DNA from: Epiperipatus broadwayi | Taxonomy: Eukaryota; Animalia; Onychophora | Length of the DNA: 64,000 nt | Reading direction: 5' to 3' | Assembly: GCA_028023455.1 (NCBI GenBank) | Contig: JAQFVV010000007.1 | Location: 13,268,001 to 13,332,000 of the forward strand | Position numbers and translations under genes: made by a program | In this document: in pieces, positions 40,291 to 53,761 of the stretch | Layout: each line of letters starts with the position of its first letter | How positions within the stretch are numbered: position 1 is the first letter of the stretch | The notes under the pieces: model-generated | Databases searched by the model: none | Seen by the model: only the letters and a program-made list of their open reading frames with translations | What the model was told of the DNA's origin: nothing

Positions 40291-41717
40291 ATTTAATTAA
40301 TAATAATGATACTAAATAGCAAATTAAAATTTAAAATTATTTTTAATGCTCTTTTACTATGTCACTTCTATTGTTCCATCTGATGAGAATTTTTGGAAAT
40401 ACTTATTCTTTCTGTTTTATAAAATTGTTGTTTTATATTAAGACTCAATAAATTGAATTTGATTTTAATTTAATTTTATAAAGGAATAACATTTTAAAAA
40501 ATAAGCATTTGACTTTTTTAAATATTTAATAACTGGCTTGCGTATGTAGCACAAACATCAACACAGACATTTAAATAAACGCTAAAACTAAAGGTAAATG
40601 AATTTCTTTTAATTTATTTTTTATTAAAATGATTTTAAAAAGGTAGATTTTGGGGAACATAAAATTGTGCTTTCAAATCTATTATTTTCTTACAAAAATT
40701 GCAACATTTTAAAAGATTTTAACACTGAGACAATTTTGACAAGTAATTACACAATAGGCACAGTCAGTTTTCTTTTTCTATATTATATCAACTGTGTTAA
40801 CTTCCATATTTAAAAAAAACATAAATGAATAAATTGACAGTCTATATGTGCATTTTTTATAATAATTAACCAATTAGTGTATAAAAATAATCAAAAGTTT
40901 TTTTTAAAAAAGCAAAAAATCATTATAAATTATACTTTCAATTCTTTGTGTGAAAACTAGACCAGAAAAACATGAATACTACTATCTGGGAGCTTCTTCT
41001 GTCAAAAGAACAAAAGAGATGTATTTTCATGTTAGCCAGAATCTATAAGATCCTACCTCTTCAGATTATTTTTCAATTTTAATGTTAATAAAAGCATAGT
41101 ATTAAAATCTACTTTTAAAAAAACATATTAAAATCTACTTTTTTTTACAAAACCATGGATCATTATCACTCAAAATAACATTAATATTATTATCTAAATT
41201 TACAGACTTTCTGAGGGAATTTGCAATCATTTACATATGGTAAAGTTAGAATAATGTTATTGATATGATGTAAAATTATGGAATAACAGCACATTTTGTG
41301 AGGAAACATGGAATAATTTTCAATGATGATGAGGTTTAAAATCATAAACTAAAAACAACCAAACAAACATATCTCTTCCTAGAATCATTCATAAGTTCAC
41401 ATTACACTGAGTGATTCTTTGGATGCTTTGGCTTAAATTTATGTTCATACAGTTTTGCCTTAATTAGGTAGTAAAGATTAGGCCTAAGCTACATATTAAT
41501 GAATTAAGTTTAAAAAAATCTAAAGATGTCAATATCATTCAGAAACCTAATACAAATGAGTCAACAACACTGCTAATGATATTTCTTTTTTCTCAGGCCC
41601 ATATTTGTGAGAATATTTGAGAGCATTCTTTTTTGTATTTGGACTTTGAAAATGAAAACATATATTTTCTATAATTTGTTTATATATTTATGAATATTTT
41701 TGCAAAATATTTTGTGG

Positions 41718-42345
41718 AATATTTATTTTTAGTCACAATGTGATATTCAGACTTTACTCAGAAATATTTGCTTTTAGAAGAAGAAAAGTTACAAGAAATT
41801 TAATAATTTAAAAGAGGAAGTTGAGAAAAAAAATGTTCTATAATCACTGTACCAAATATCTTTTATCATTTTTGAATAATTATAAATAAAATGTTACATT
41901 TTAAACAAAAATTCATAGCTTTATGATGACTCAACACTTCTTTAAAGTTATACAAAAATCTTTGGGCAAAAATTATTATGTCTCTGAAATTATTTTTGTT
42001 TTTAAATCGCAAAATTTCACATTTACAAATATTTATTTTTTAGTTACAATGTAATATTCAGATTTAACTCAAAAATATTTGCTTTAAGAAAAAAAGTTAA
42101 AACAAATTTAATAATTTAAAACAGGATGTTGAGAAAGGAATTGAACCATAATCACTATAATTTATTATTTTTAAATAATTATAAATCGAATTTTAAGTTT
42201 TAAACAGAATTTCACAGCTTTACAATGATTTAACACTTCCTTAAAGTTACACAAAAACCTTTGGGTAAACGTCATTATTGCTGTGTTCTTTGAAGTCATT
42301 TTTGTTTTTAAACAGTAAAATCACATTTTTTTACAAATATTGATT
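41718..42345. repeat. Diverged tandem duplication, period ~310 bp
   Basis: aatatttatttttagtYacaatgt at 41718 and 42028, with colinear matches across both units. Confidence 0.8.
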
Positions 42346-43253
42346 TTGTAAAATTAAAAATAGCTAAACAGACCATTACAACTGAAGGGGCTTCAAGATC
42401 CAAATATTTTTATGCCATCTCTATGACTTTAATCCATTGTAACCTGTTTTGAGATCATTTGTAAGATTACTAAGAGACAATTTTTGAAATTGCAATTTAT
42501 TTTTTTTTTACAAGTTTATCAAGGTTTATTATAACTTTTATACAATAAGTATGTAATAGTTATTAAAAAGCAAAATTATGGATGAGAAAAACATAAATTC
42601 TAAAGTAACAAATACAAAGAAAATTACTGCAATTACAATCAACATGCTTGTAAAACTAATTGCTGAACATCATTAGTGACATTCTAAAAATTATGAAACT
42701 GTTTTAATATTTAAAGCAAAATGTGATGAATTTATCAGAGATTAACATTTAGTCAATCACATTTTTAAAATAAATTTCAAATAAAAAGATTTTGTTCATT
42801 TTCTGAAGTCTGTTTTCCTACATATCATTAAATGTCATTTTGTGTTCTTTGTTCTCATTACAAATTCATATTTTTATTTGCAAACATATATTTCTACCAA
42901 ATCAAATCCAATTTATTGAATTCTAATATAGAGTAATGGTTTAATACTAACATCAAAAGTTGAAAGACTAACCAGGAAGAACAATGAAACCAACACAATG
43001 TGGGACAGCAATAATTCCTTGATTTTTCAGAAACAGAGTTAAAGCAAATTTTATTTTATTCATGAAATGTTTTTATTGGAAATTGCACAATAACAAAAAG
43101 TTAATGTTCTAATTATGTATTACAGTTTATTATGTTTTTTTGTATATTTTCAATACTAAAATTATATTGTTAAGCATTATTATTATTTTTAAACCTATAC
43201 TTTTATGAAATTATTTATAATTTGTGGGAATATAATAATGAAAAAAGGGTAGT

Positions 43254-43345
43254 CAAGCATCAGTGGCCTAGCAGTTAGCATAGCTGCCTTCCAAGTAGCT
43301 GGCCTCAGTTCACTTCCTGGTCAACACATTTGATTTAGGAAAAAA
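43254..43345 (+). mobile_element. tRNA-Gly(TCC)-derived short retroposon / tRNA pseudogene, copy 1
   Basis: 43257-43328 matches the tRNA-Gly-TCC consensus (..TTAGCATAGCTGCCTTCCAAG..) with broken stems and B box; flanking repeat gaaaaaaggg(g)tagt at 43240 and 43339. Confidence 0.85.
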
Positions 43346-44269
43346 GGGGTAGTTTGTTAACATAAAAAGTTAGAAATATAGTTTGAATGATAACTAAAAG
43401 CTGTAAAAAATGCTTGACCTGTGTAAAACATCAAAAAAAAAATTATAGTTTCTTATATCACAGAAATTACTTTTTTGCATGAATATTTTTTATATTAATT
43501 TTTTAAAATAATATTCAAAAATAGTTCTATATATTCTCTCAAATCTCACCTTATCTTATAAACCTACAAATCTGATTAACCATACATTTTTTTTTTGGAA
43601 ATAAACCCCTTTGCAGTATCAGCACTTATGCTGGAAGTTTTCGCAAAAAGAATAAGCAATCAAATAATTCAAATAATTGCTTAAACTTTTCATAAATGGT
43701 CATCTTACTAATTTTGTCCTTTGGTATTTGCTTATTAACAACATATAATTTAAAAAAATGGTGGAAATCTAAGTGCTAATAATGGAATCGTTAAATCTCT
43801 AGCAGTGATTGCCAATAAAAATGATTTACAAAATAAATTTGTTTTAACTCCATTTCTAATATATGAATGAATTATAGTTTAAAAACAGAAAACTATGAAA
43901 TTGTGTTTTAAATTTAAAACTGCACTTATAGTTATTTTTTAAAAAATGACAAAAATGGACAACTATTATAGCTGTGATGTTCCTTTTTCAGCCAATAAAA
44001 ACTTCCTGCTTTGCATCAACATATTTGTCTTGATGTGATTTTTTTAAAAAATCAAATATTTCATAAATATTGTGGCAAAAAGAATCATAAATATTTAAAC
44101 AAATTATAGAAAATGTATGTTCTCATTTTTGAAATTTATACAGAAGTATGACCAATTTGAGAAGCTCTTGCAAACAGTCTTTGGGTCTGACAATAAAACG
44201 TCACCAATCAGAAGTATTGTGCCACTAAGCATCACATGATCAACATTCTTTATGTTTTGCACAAGTTGT

Positions 44270-44996
44270 TTACACAGAGGCAAACTCTCCATACAGTAGC
44301 ACTACTTAGTACAAGCCAAAGTAATCAATAGATGTAGGATGGTTGGTGCATAAAATTTCTAACTAGTGCATACTCATCCAATTTCCCCATCAAGTTTCTA
44401 GCTTGTGGCTTTCATCAGTGAGAATCCTCAGATCTGAGAGCACTGCACCTAAATCTTAGGATCCAATGCAACCCTCCAGCGGACATCTTTTACCTTATTA
44501 GCTAATTATAAAGCACTGAATCCTAAATGAAAACATAATAATATTTTTAATTTAAGCTCATTCATTTGTATAATCATATGGATCTGAACTCAGTTCAGCA
44601 TTTATACTTTTTAGTATGTTTGGTTCTTTAATAACCCCAGTCATCATAATACAAAAAGTATGAATGATGAACTGAATTCAGATCTATATGCCTATACAAG
44701 CTAATGAGCTTGAACTGAAAACATTATTATGTTTACATTTTGGGCTCAAAGTTTTATAGTTAGATAATAAAGTAAAATGTGGCTTCTGGAAGGTTGCATT
44801 TGAACCTAAGATCTAGATGCAGTGCTCTCAGATCCTTCACTGAAGAAAGCCACAATCCAGAACTTAGTCTGGGGATATTGGATGAATAGATATTGAATAG
44901 AGATTTTATGCACAAATCTTCCTGAATCAATTGATTAATCTCATCTGCATTAAGTGGTGCTACTACTATATGGAGAGTTTTGCCTTTGTGCAAAAG
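44270..44996. mobile_element. Inverted pair (~340-bp arms) of family B; HHRs at 44384-44424 (minus) and 44833-44875 (plus)
   Basis: Arms are reverse-complementary around spacer 44613-44652; CTGAWGA AAGC cacaa GCTA GAAA C..GTC TGGGGA with stem I TCYYCA/TGGGGA. Confidence 0.8.
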
Positions 44997-45337
44997 TATT
45001 GTATATTAAGTTTCACTATATGATTTTAAATCTTGAGATTTATTTTTAAATTAATAAAATTAATATTATTTTAGTACTAGGTTTTGCCATTAGATGAATT
45101 CAAAACCAGAAGTGACTCTTACAATAGCTGTAAGAGAGAGAATTTAAGGTTAAATGACCATAACATTACTGATATACCTTATGGTCAAATTTAAAAAGGG
45201 TTTAAAAAATATCTACTATTTTCACTGCTAGTAATTTAAAGATTTACTGATTAATATTTAAATTACTAACATTTTTTAACCTAAGTTTTCTTCAAAATAA
45301 CTTTTGTTAAGATATACACTATATATATATATATATA

Positions 45338-45931
45338 TTATTTTTTGGGTAAAACCATGTATTATTTTCTGTTATATACTGATATTTCGATGAACTAGCA
45401 TCTGCCATTATCAAGGTAAACTTTTGAAAAAAAATTTGTTCAATCTCAAACTGTAACGTGACTGAGTGTGAAATAAAGCATGAGGATCAGCTTGAAATAG
45501 TTTAGTATTTAAAATATGAGGTTTATCAAAATGTATATTTCTCTTAGTTTTACCACACATTAATTTAAAGTCAATATTAAAAGACATAGATAAAATGAGA
45601 GGTTTCCATATGGCTGGAATATGTTGTGCTTCATCAGCCCTATTTAAACCAATAGCCATATGGAAAACTCTCATTTTAACTGTGTCTTCTAATATTGACT
45701 TTAAATTAATGTGTGGTAAAACTAAGAGAAATATACATTTTGATAAACTTCATATTCTGAATACTAAACTATTTCAAACTGATTCTCATGCTTCATCTCT
45801 TACTCAGTGATGTTACAGTTTGAGATTGAACAAATTTTCTTTCAAGAGTTTATCTTGACAATGGCTGATGCTAGTTTGTTGAAATATCAGTATATAATAG
45901 AAAATAATACATGAGTTTACCCAAAAAATAA
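45338..45931. mobile_element. Inverted pair (~275-bp arms) of PLE 3' end, family H
   Basis: Mirror ORFs 45411..45674 and 45595..45810; LNRADEAQHIPAIWKPLI resembles a PLE C-terminus; HHR-like TTGAYAA TGGC...GAAA TATC at 45377-45418 and 45851-45892; inserted in TA-rich flanks. Confidence 0.8.
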
Positions 45932-48900
45932 TTTATTTACATCATACGACCCTGAAAATATTAAATATATATATATATATATTCTAACCTGTAATCTTGT
46001 GCATCTTCACTTCCAGATAATATGATATGAAATAAAACGGGTTCTAGCTCAGTTAATAATTAATAAATAAAATATTCAGCATTAAAATTAAAATATTTCA
46101 CTAGCTCAAAATTAAAATACGAATAAGGTTCAGTTTATAAAAATAAATTAAATAAATATTTAATATTTTCATGAGACTTGAAGTGAAAATACAGGTGACA
46201 AGATAGATTACATTGAGCCAATATCCCACAGGATACTACCTCAATGGCATAAGAACACTATCCCCCCTTATTACTATTTCAAATAACAAACTCATAGTAT
46301 TCTTATGACTTTAATAACTTTTATTCACTAAGATTAAACTAATAATTAAATCTTAATCTTCTATTTAATAATAATCTAGCTCAAATAAAATAATCTCAGG
46401 TTCATAAAGTTTATTCTAAGTTAATTTTAAAATACGGTAGTAAAATATGAGAAGGGATTTTATGTCATAATCTACTACACAGAAACTAATAATAATATAT
46501 AACAGTAATAATATTCTTCATTGTTTAACTAATTCTGTATATCTTTTCTTTTTACTATGATTTTATTACCATAATAAAATAATGAAATAATATAATATGA
46601 TCTTATATCTTCATGTAATGATATAATAAATACATGGTAGCATTTTAATAATCTGACAAACAAAATATGTGTGGCAACTGATAGCATATAATTTAATATA
46701 ATATTGTGATAACTGATTTATGACCAATAAAATAATGTAAGATTATGATTATTTAATTATAATGAATACCAATAAAATATTTAAAATTCTTAAAATAATT
46801 CTCTATTTATCTTTTGTGCAAAATTATATATTTGTTTTGATTATTATGCATATATCATGTTTTCATGCAGCGATGTGGAGAAATAAATAACTCGGACACA
46901 AAATTTTTGAAATAACAAAATTTAACAAAGTTTATTACTAACAACAAATAAATAAACAATTTATTTACACTATTTACAGTGGATATCCTTAACTTTTTTA
47001 CTTTACAGTTTGATCTACTGGGTTATAAAAAAATAATTTATATTTCAATTATATCTTTATTTAGATTTAGGACAAAATTTTTAAAAAAAATGTTACTATT
47101 TGGTTTCTCATTATGGTTAACTTATTACAAGTATATTTATCTACTTTGTTAGCAACAACATTTTATCCTTAATATTGTTAAACTATCTTATTTTTTAAAA
47201 AAAATTCATAGGAAAACATTCTATAGAAACAAAAATAATGAGTATGGATTTCTCAAAATATTAAAAATTTTCATCTTGCAAAGTCAAAGATGTTACACAA
47301 AATATTATCCAAAATTCAATACTAGATTTTAGTGTTTATCACACAATGTTTACTAATCATAATATATTCTTCTTTAAGCCTTACTTTAGTATGATATAAG
47401 TGTAATCATCAATATATTTCTGTTAATCAATAAACAAAAAATATACTATGCATATTGTTTACATAATTTACTTTGTACTATTGTATTTTAAAAAATATGC
47501 AATACTTATTTTCTCTTAAAAAAAAATAATACTAAAGCATTTAAAATTATTATCACTTTAAAGAAAATATCTTTGTTTAGATACCCTATTTTAAAAAAAA
47601 ATATATTTCATTTCCGAAATAAAATTCAAAATATATTCTATGATTCTTTTCTTTCCTTAGGATACTTTGGATCTTCAATTTTAAGTTATAACATCCTATT
47701 CCTTCTAAGCAAATAAACCAATCTTATACAAAATGATAGCATAACGTAAGTTCTAAATTATTTATTATTTCTCTTAAACATATCTTACTGAACGATGCAG
47801 TTACATGAAATAAAGATAGCAAAAACAGATGCATAGGATTAAGGAAGAAAGCTAGAGTATTACTCTTAACATATCTCAAAATCATGGCACAGTGCGAAGA
47901 GGTATGACATTTACCTGCCTAATATCCTCTAGTACAGGGACGATGTTAAAGCTATTTCTTCATCTTTATTAGAACATCAAATATTTAAAGAAATATAAAC
48001 ACTGTCCAAATAAAATGTGTATCAGTCATAGGGCTTTGTTAACTATGCTGATATTCACATAAAGACTAAATATTATTTCCATTCCTTATAACATCCTATT
48101 TCTTAACACATCATCTTGGTTTCCTGTTCACTAAGTACTTCCAAGCCACTATCTCAACATTATTTCTCAAGATTTTCCACATCTTACATTGATAAATAAC
48201 TATCTGCATTTACAAAACAATAAATAAAATTCATTAATATATAAACAATCTAGCTGTTCCACAAGAAAAGTTTGTTTACTTCATTATTCTATATGTCTAA
48301 TCATATACAATCTACTTAGACAATATTTGAATATCCAATAACATGAACATTTTAAAAGAATCACATAATTATTTGTTATGTTGGATTATATCACTAATAA
48401 AAAAAAATCATCATATGCATATTTTCAAATCAATCCTATCTCATAATGTTTTTTTAAAATGTTGTACGAAATGCGGTACATATAAGTAAAAAACTTTTAC
48501 ACTTCATTCTTCCAATTTATGGATGATCTAAAGAAAACAAAAAAAAAAAATACATTATAAATTATCAATAGTTATTATTATTACCAATAACCTTTATCTA
48601 ATCATCGTGTTCCATAGGCTTCCTTTATCCACTTGAGCATTGCAGATATAAAAAAAATTCACACCCATACACTTTATATTAAAATATTTTTAGCTAAATT
48701 ATTAGATTGTTATATTATAAAATTTTAATATTAATAAATTAATGTTTTTCCTAATCTTATATAAAAATTTAGATTTAAACTAGGTTAACAAAATAAAAGG
48801 AATCAAAACTATAATTACATATTTTCTTGACGATAATTCCTGATAAGTCCAAAATGTTTATTATTTTCTCTACAGTTTTTAAAAAATGTTCACCTCCAAG

Positions 48901-51128
48901 CGCATTAAAGTTTAAAATAAAAATAATTATTAATCCATTTAGTAAAATTTATAGAAAATAATCCTTGGTTTTAGTATTTAGGATGATAATTATTAAATCA
49001 TAATATTAATTAATCCCATGAAGCTTCTTAATCTTCTCTACCAATATTCTCTGCATATCCGATGCATCAATCCATCTAATTTAACTTTAAAAATATTCGA
49101 TAAACTTTTAAGTACTATTTGTATTTCCATGGATCCATCTTTTATTCAACTATGTGTTCACTTTTATATATATATATGTTCCCTTCTTGATACATTTAAA
49201 CTTTCGTTTGGTATTTTTATAAATCTCTTTTAAAAATAAAAAATAAAAACTTCAAGTACTTTTAAACAAATCTTTTCTAAATACATTTTAAATAATTCTA
49301 AGACTGGATATTTTAATATCAAAAACGCTTCTATAACATATTCTCCTGGGTTCTTTCTTTAATTCTTGAAAATATTTTTTTTAAAATGTTACCTTCAGAT
49401 AGGATATAACATTTTACTCCTTTGAATATCATATTATATAAATGATTCATAAGATATATTTGTATTATTACTACTTTTAAAAATAAAACTTGGATAAGCT
49501 TATAAATAATATGTTTCAACACATTTTTTAGACTCCGTATAATGTCCGAGCTGTGGTTTTTTTATATACCAAAACAGTTCTCTGGTGAAGTATTAATAAA
49601 GCTGTATCAATAAGTATTTCAAATATTTTTTCAGCATTACAACTTATATCCATTTTATTTCGTAGTATATCCATCTCCATTGCGTAGTCTAGGTTAAACT
49701 TCAGATAAAATACTACTGGCAAGTAACTTTTAAAAAAAATAGAAAATCATCTCCACAAAGTTTCTAAATATATAATTTTTTTCTAAACTTTCCTTTTGCA
49801 AAATACTTCTTTAAAATTATTAATTAGTTTTTGCAAAATAAACAATAAGAAAGTACAAAAAAAATTGACTAAAATAAAATTTTTAAAATACTATCTTTTT
49901 GATAGTTATAATTTACCTTTCTCTGGTTTCAATACATTATTAATCTCCCCTTATACCCCCTTGCAATTCATATTTATAGTTTGTAAGAATACTATTCCTA
50001 TTGGTTAATTCTTACTTTAGCTTGAGAATAAATTTATATATTTTTAGTTTATAGTAGAATTGAATTTCAAAATTAGAAATTATGATGTAATGAACTTAAA
50101 ATATTATTTAAAATACCACCTTTAATTCAATTATAACTTTATTTAAATTATTTAATCCTTTAAAATAACTTTTAAAATAACATTTAATAACTTATTCCAT
50201 TTCTTAATATTCAATTATCAATTTTTATTTAAATAAAATATTTAATTTTTTTTTTATTAACTGTATTCATCTTTATTACATCATTTAAATATGCAATAAT
50301 GACAGTTAACTTAATATTTATTATTATTTGCTTTTATGATAGGCAATAATTCTATCCAATTCTATAATATAACTTTTAAAATATTTTAAACTTCGTTACT
50401 TTAAATACAAACAAGCATGTGTGTGAAAGTATTAGTATACAAGTCACATGATTAATAACTTTGACAGACCATTTTCAATCTATTTCTCTGCCTAGATTTA
50501 TAAAATTGAAACACTTATTATATTATATAAAATAATTATAAAAAATTTGGAAGAATAATTTTAAAAATATAGAACTAGATATAATTTTCACCATCATAAA
50601 GTTTATTTTTAAAATATACTATATTAATTTTGAGTATTAAATATGATTATAAATTTAAACATAACATTTATTAAATTATCAGTTTTTAAACTATTAAAAT
50701 CGAATTTATTAAATATACTTTTAATATTTATAGCTGTGTTATTTAATATGGCCAGCTTTTACAATCATATGAAACAATATTTAAAGCTTTATATAACTAT
50801 TATTAAATGATTTTATATATTATATATTCTCTTTAGCTTCAAATTGTACTTTAAAGATATAATTGACTTAATATAATTAATGTATTAAAAGAACATATTC
50901 AAAAATTTAAAATTTTTAGTAATTGACTGTTATGAACTATTACCGACCTATAGAAAAGGGCACTATATATATATTAATCAAATTTCAAATTTTGTGTTTA
51001 TGGGTCATCGATAAAATTATTTAAAAACATCGAAACATCACATAAATACCATTTCTATACTGATACAGGTTGTTTTTAGCAATAGAAAACTTTTCTTACA
51101 GTAGTGTCATCCAGTGAAAGCTTTGGAA

Positions 51129-51390
51129 ATCAATGGATGCAGGAAGGTTTGCGCATAAAGCTTCATCTAAAACATACTCATCCAATATTCCCAGACTTTT
51201 CTCTAGATCCTTAGCACTAATGCAGTGCTCTCAGATCAAAAACTTCTATCTGATAAAAGCCACAAGCTAAAAAATTGTCTGGGGATGTTGGATGAGTAGG
51301 TGATAGATGTGGATTTTATGTTTAAATTTTTCTGCAGCTATTGATTACTAAGGCTTGCCCTGTGTAGCACTATTATGTGAAGAAATTGCT
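51129..51390. mobile_element. Family B copy (plus strand, HHR relic 51243-51285) with a short inverted 3' piece at 51129-51196
   Basis: CTGATAA AAGC cacaa GCTA AAAA ATT GTC TGGGGA; left piece catactcatccaatattcccagac is its reverse complement. Confidence 0.75.
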
Positions 51391-51559
51391 ACTGTTATAA
51401 ATTTATTACAAATACTTAAACAATAGTTTTAAAATATTACCATTACTAATGATTTTGCAATATCATGTTCAACACAAGAGATTTCTAACAGGTTTTACTA
51501 TAACTTAACTGCATTTTTTTATTCCCATGTTAGATTGCTTTCCAATTTTATGTCGATGG

Positions 51560-52300
51560 CTAATAAAAACATCATTTTTAGTATTATCTATACATTGCAG
51601 GATGAAAACTTATTGTAGTTACTCTGATCCACTGCTTTTCTTTTCCACACATATCAACTTACTTCCTTATTTCATCCTATCTCACATTCATACTCTTCTT
51701 AAATCTTTTACAATCTTATGGGACTAAATTGAAGATTTCAATTGTCTGTCTATTACCATCTCTTTGAGCAATATTTCTAGCTCATCTGTTTTATTTCAGT
51801 CTGTTAACATATTGTCAGTAATATTATTTGTTTTCTCAACCCAACTCTTATTTTAAATTCTGATGTACATGTCTCCATACTTTGTGTCAGGTCTGAAGTC
51901 TCAGATTTGTTATTTTAATTAGTCAAACCTAAGATCTGTAAAAATTGGTAAAACACATTTATTAAAAATCTTCCCTTTCATGCATGTGGATATATTTTCT
52001 TTTAATATTAATATATTTTTTTATCAAAAGCACTCCATCCAACTTCAATTCTATGATTATTTTCTTCTGTCATATTCCTGTCTTTATTAATAATCTGACC
52101 AAGATATTTAAAATTGGTAACTTTTTCTAATTCATGAATACCAATCTTTATTTCCTTCTGAAAAAATCCATTCACATTACTTTAGTCGCTTTTAGCATTT
52201 ATTTTTAATTGTATCTTATCTGATAATTCTGGAAACATTTTCAGAAGCATTATTTTCAGAAAGAATTATATTTATAAATAATCACCATTTCCTTTATTTC
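51560..52300 (-). mobile_element. RTE-clade LINE fragment (RT C-terminal half)
   Basis: LSDKIQLKINAK...IKIGIHELEKVTNFKYLGQIINKDRNMTEENNHRIEVGWSAF. Confidence 0.85.
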
Positions 52301-52595
52301 CTAATCTTCCATTTTCATTCAGCGCATGCTATTTGAAATTGCAGTAAAATGTTTTGGAGATATACATGTTTTTCACTATTGATTTAAAAAAATTACGGCT
52401 CTGTCACTGACAAAGATAGGAAAGTATATGCAAACTAAATAGATATCTAAGACTTGTCTGATAAAATTTCTATCATTCTAGAATTCATCATATATATGCT
52501 CATATTATATATAAATTTTAATCCATTGAGAAAATGTATTTGTTGCATGCACCAAATTTTACATATGAAGATGATGATGATGATGATTATTATTA

Positions 52596-52629
<34 letters not shown>

Positions 52630-53727
52630 TTCTATTTTGCATTTCAAATATTCTGAATTTCACATACTTATTTATGAGTATTAAATAAATTATAATTATT
52701 GTACTTATAAAATTTAAGTATATATACATAAACAATAAAAATTGGGAAATTAATTAATTAAATATTAATTAAAAATTATTGTATAAAATAATAAATATTT
52801 AATTTTGTAGTCATTTATCACATTTACTTCTAATCTATTTCATAGAATAAACAAGTCTGTATACATTGCCAAAATTATTTACAAGCCAGATCGATAAAAA
52901 ATCTTTTTTAAAAATAAAACTACAAGTACAATTACTTTTTGTTATATCAAAGCCAATGTGACTTGTCACACTTCTGGGTTCTGTGAAATAAATTTATATT
53001 CATAATGTTGCATAACTGATCAGCCATAAATATTATTTGTGTGCTCATTAAAATCTTTAGTATTTGCTTCTATATATAAACATTTATGCATAAATAATAT
53101 TTGTATTGTATAAAAGATTATATTTGTACATATGTGACAAGATCCTAATCATTTAATATCAATATTTTAATAATTTTAATATTGTAGTAATGTACTTAAA
53201 TTTTGTTGTTTTATAATTAAATTTATCTATGTAAAGATATCCCTAAAGTGTATATATAATATAATAGTTTCATAGTCATAAGTTAAATATTGAAGTCTTA
53301 AATTATAAAGAGAGAATATTTTTTATACATATGTCATTTAAAATCTAAAAATTTAAAAAAAAGTTGTTTATATATAAAATAATGAGATATTTATATTGGA
53401 ATATATTATTAAATTTATAATGTTTATATTAGCATGGAATATAGTGGATTTAGATTTATATAAAATGTGAAATGAAATAATATAATAACAAAATATATAT
53501 TTTTTTATTTAGATCTTTTATGAAGATTGCAGAACAATCCAAACATTGACATTATTTAATAAAATAAAATATTTCAAAAATTAAAGGTATAAAAAGTATA
53601 ATTTAAGTAATACAGATTTATATATATATAAAAACAAAAAAAAAGACTTATAAATCCAATAAATAATATTATATTTCAACCAGAGGACTGGTTTTCATCA
53701 GAAAGAAAAAAATACACAGTAAAATGG

Positions 53728-53761
<34 letters not shown>

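Noticed and set aside
43257-43328. Functional tRNA-Gly gene
   Set aside because: Acceptor stem and T-loop/B box are mutated and the copy is TSD-flanked, so it is a retrocopy.
44104-44292. ORF resembling PLE RT (LVQNIKN...LLIGDV)
   Set aside because: Similarity is weak and spacing is off; an HMM search would be needed.
47700-48700. Possible very old LINE RT on the minus strand
   Set aside because: Only vague GLxxxxxKTKxM-like and IDxKxAYD-like traces; too decayed to support.
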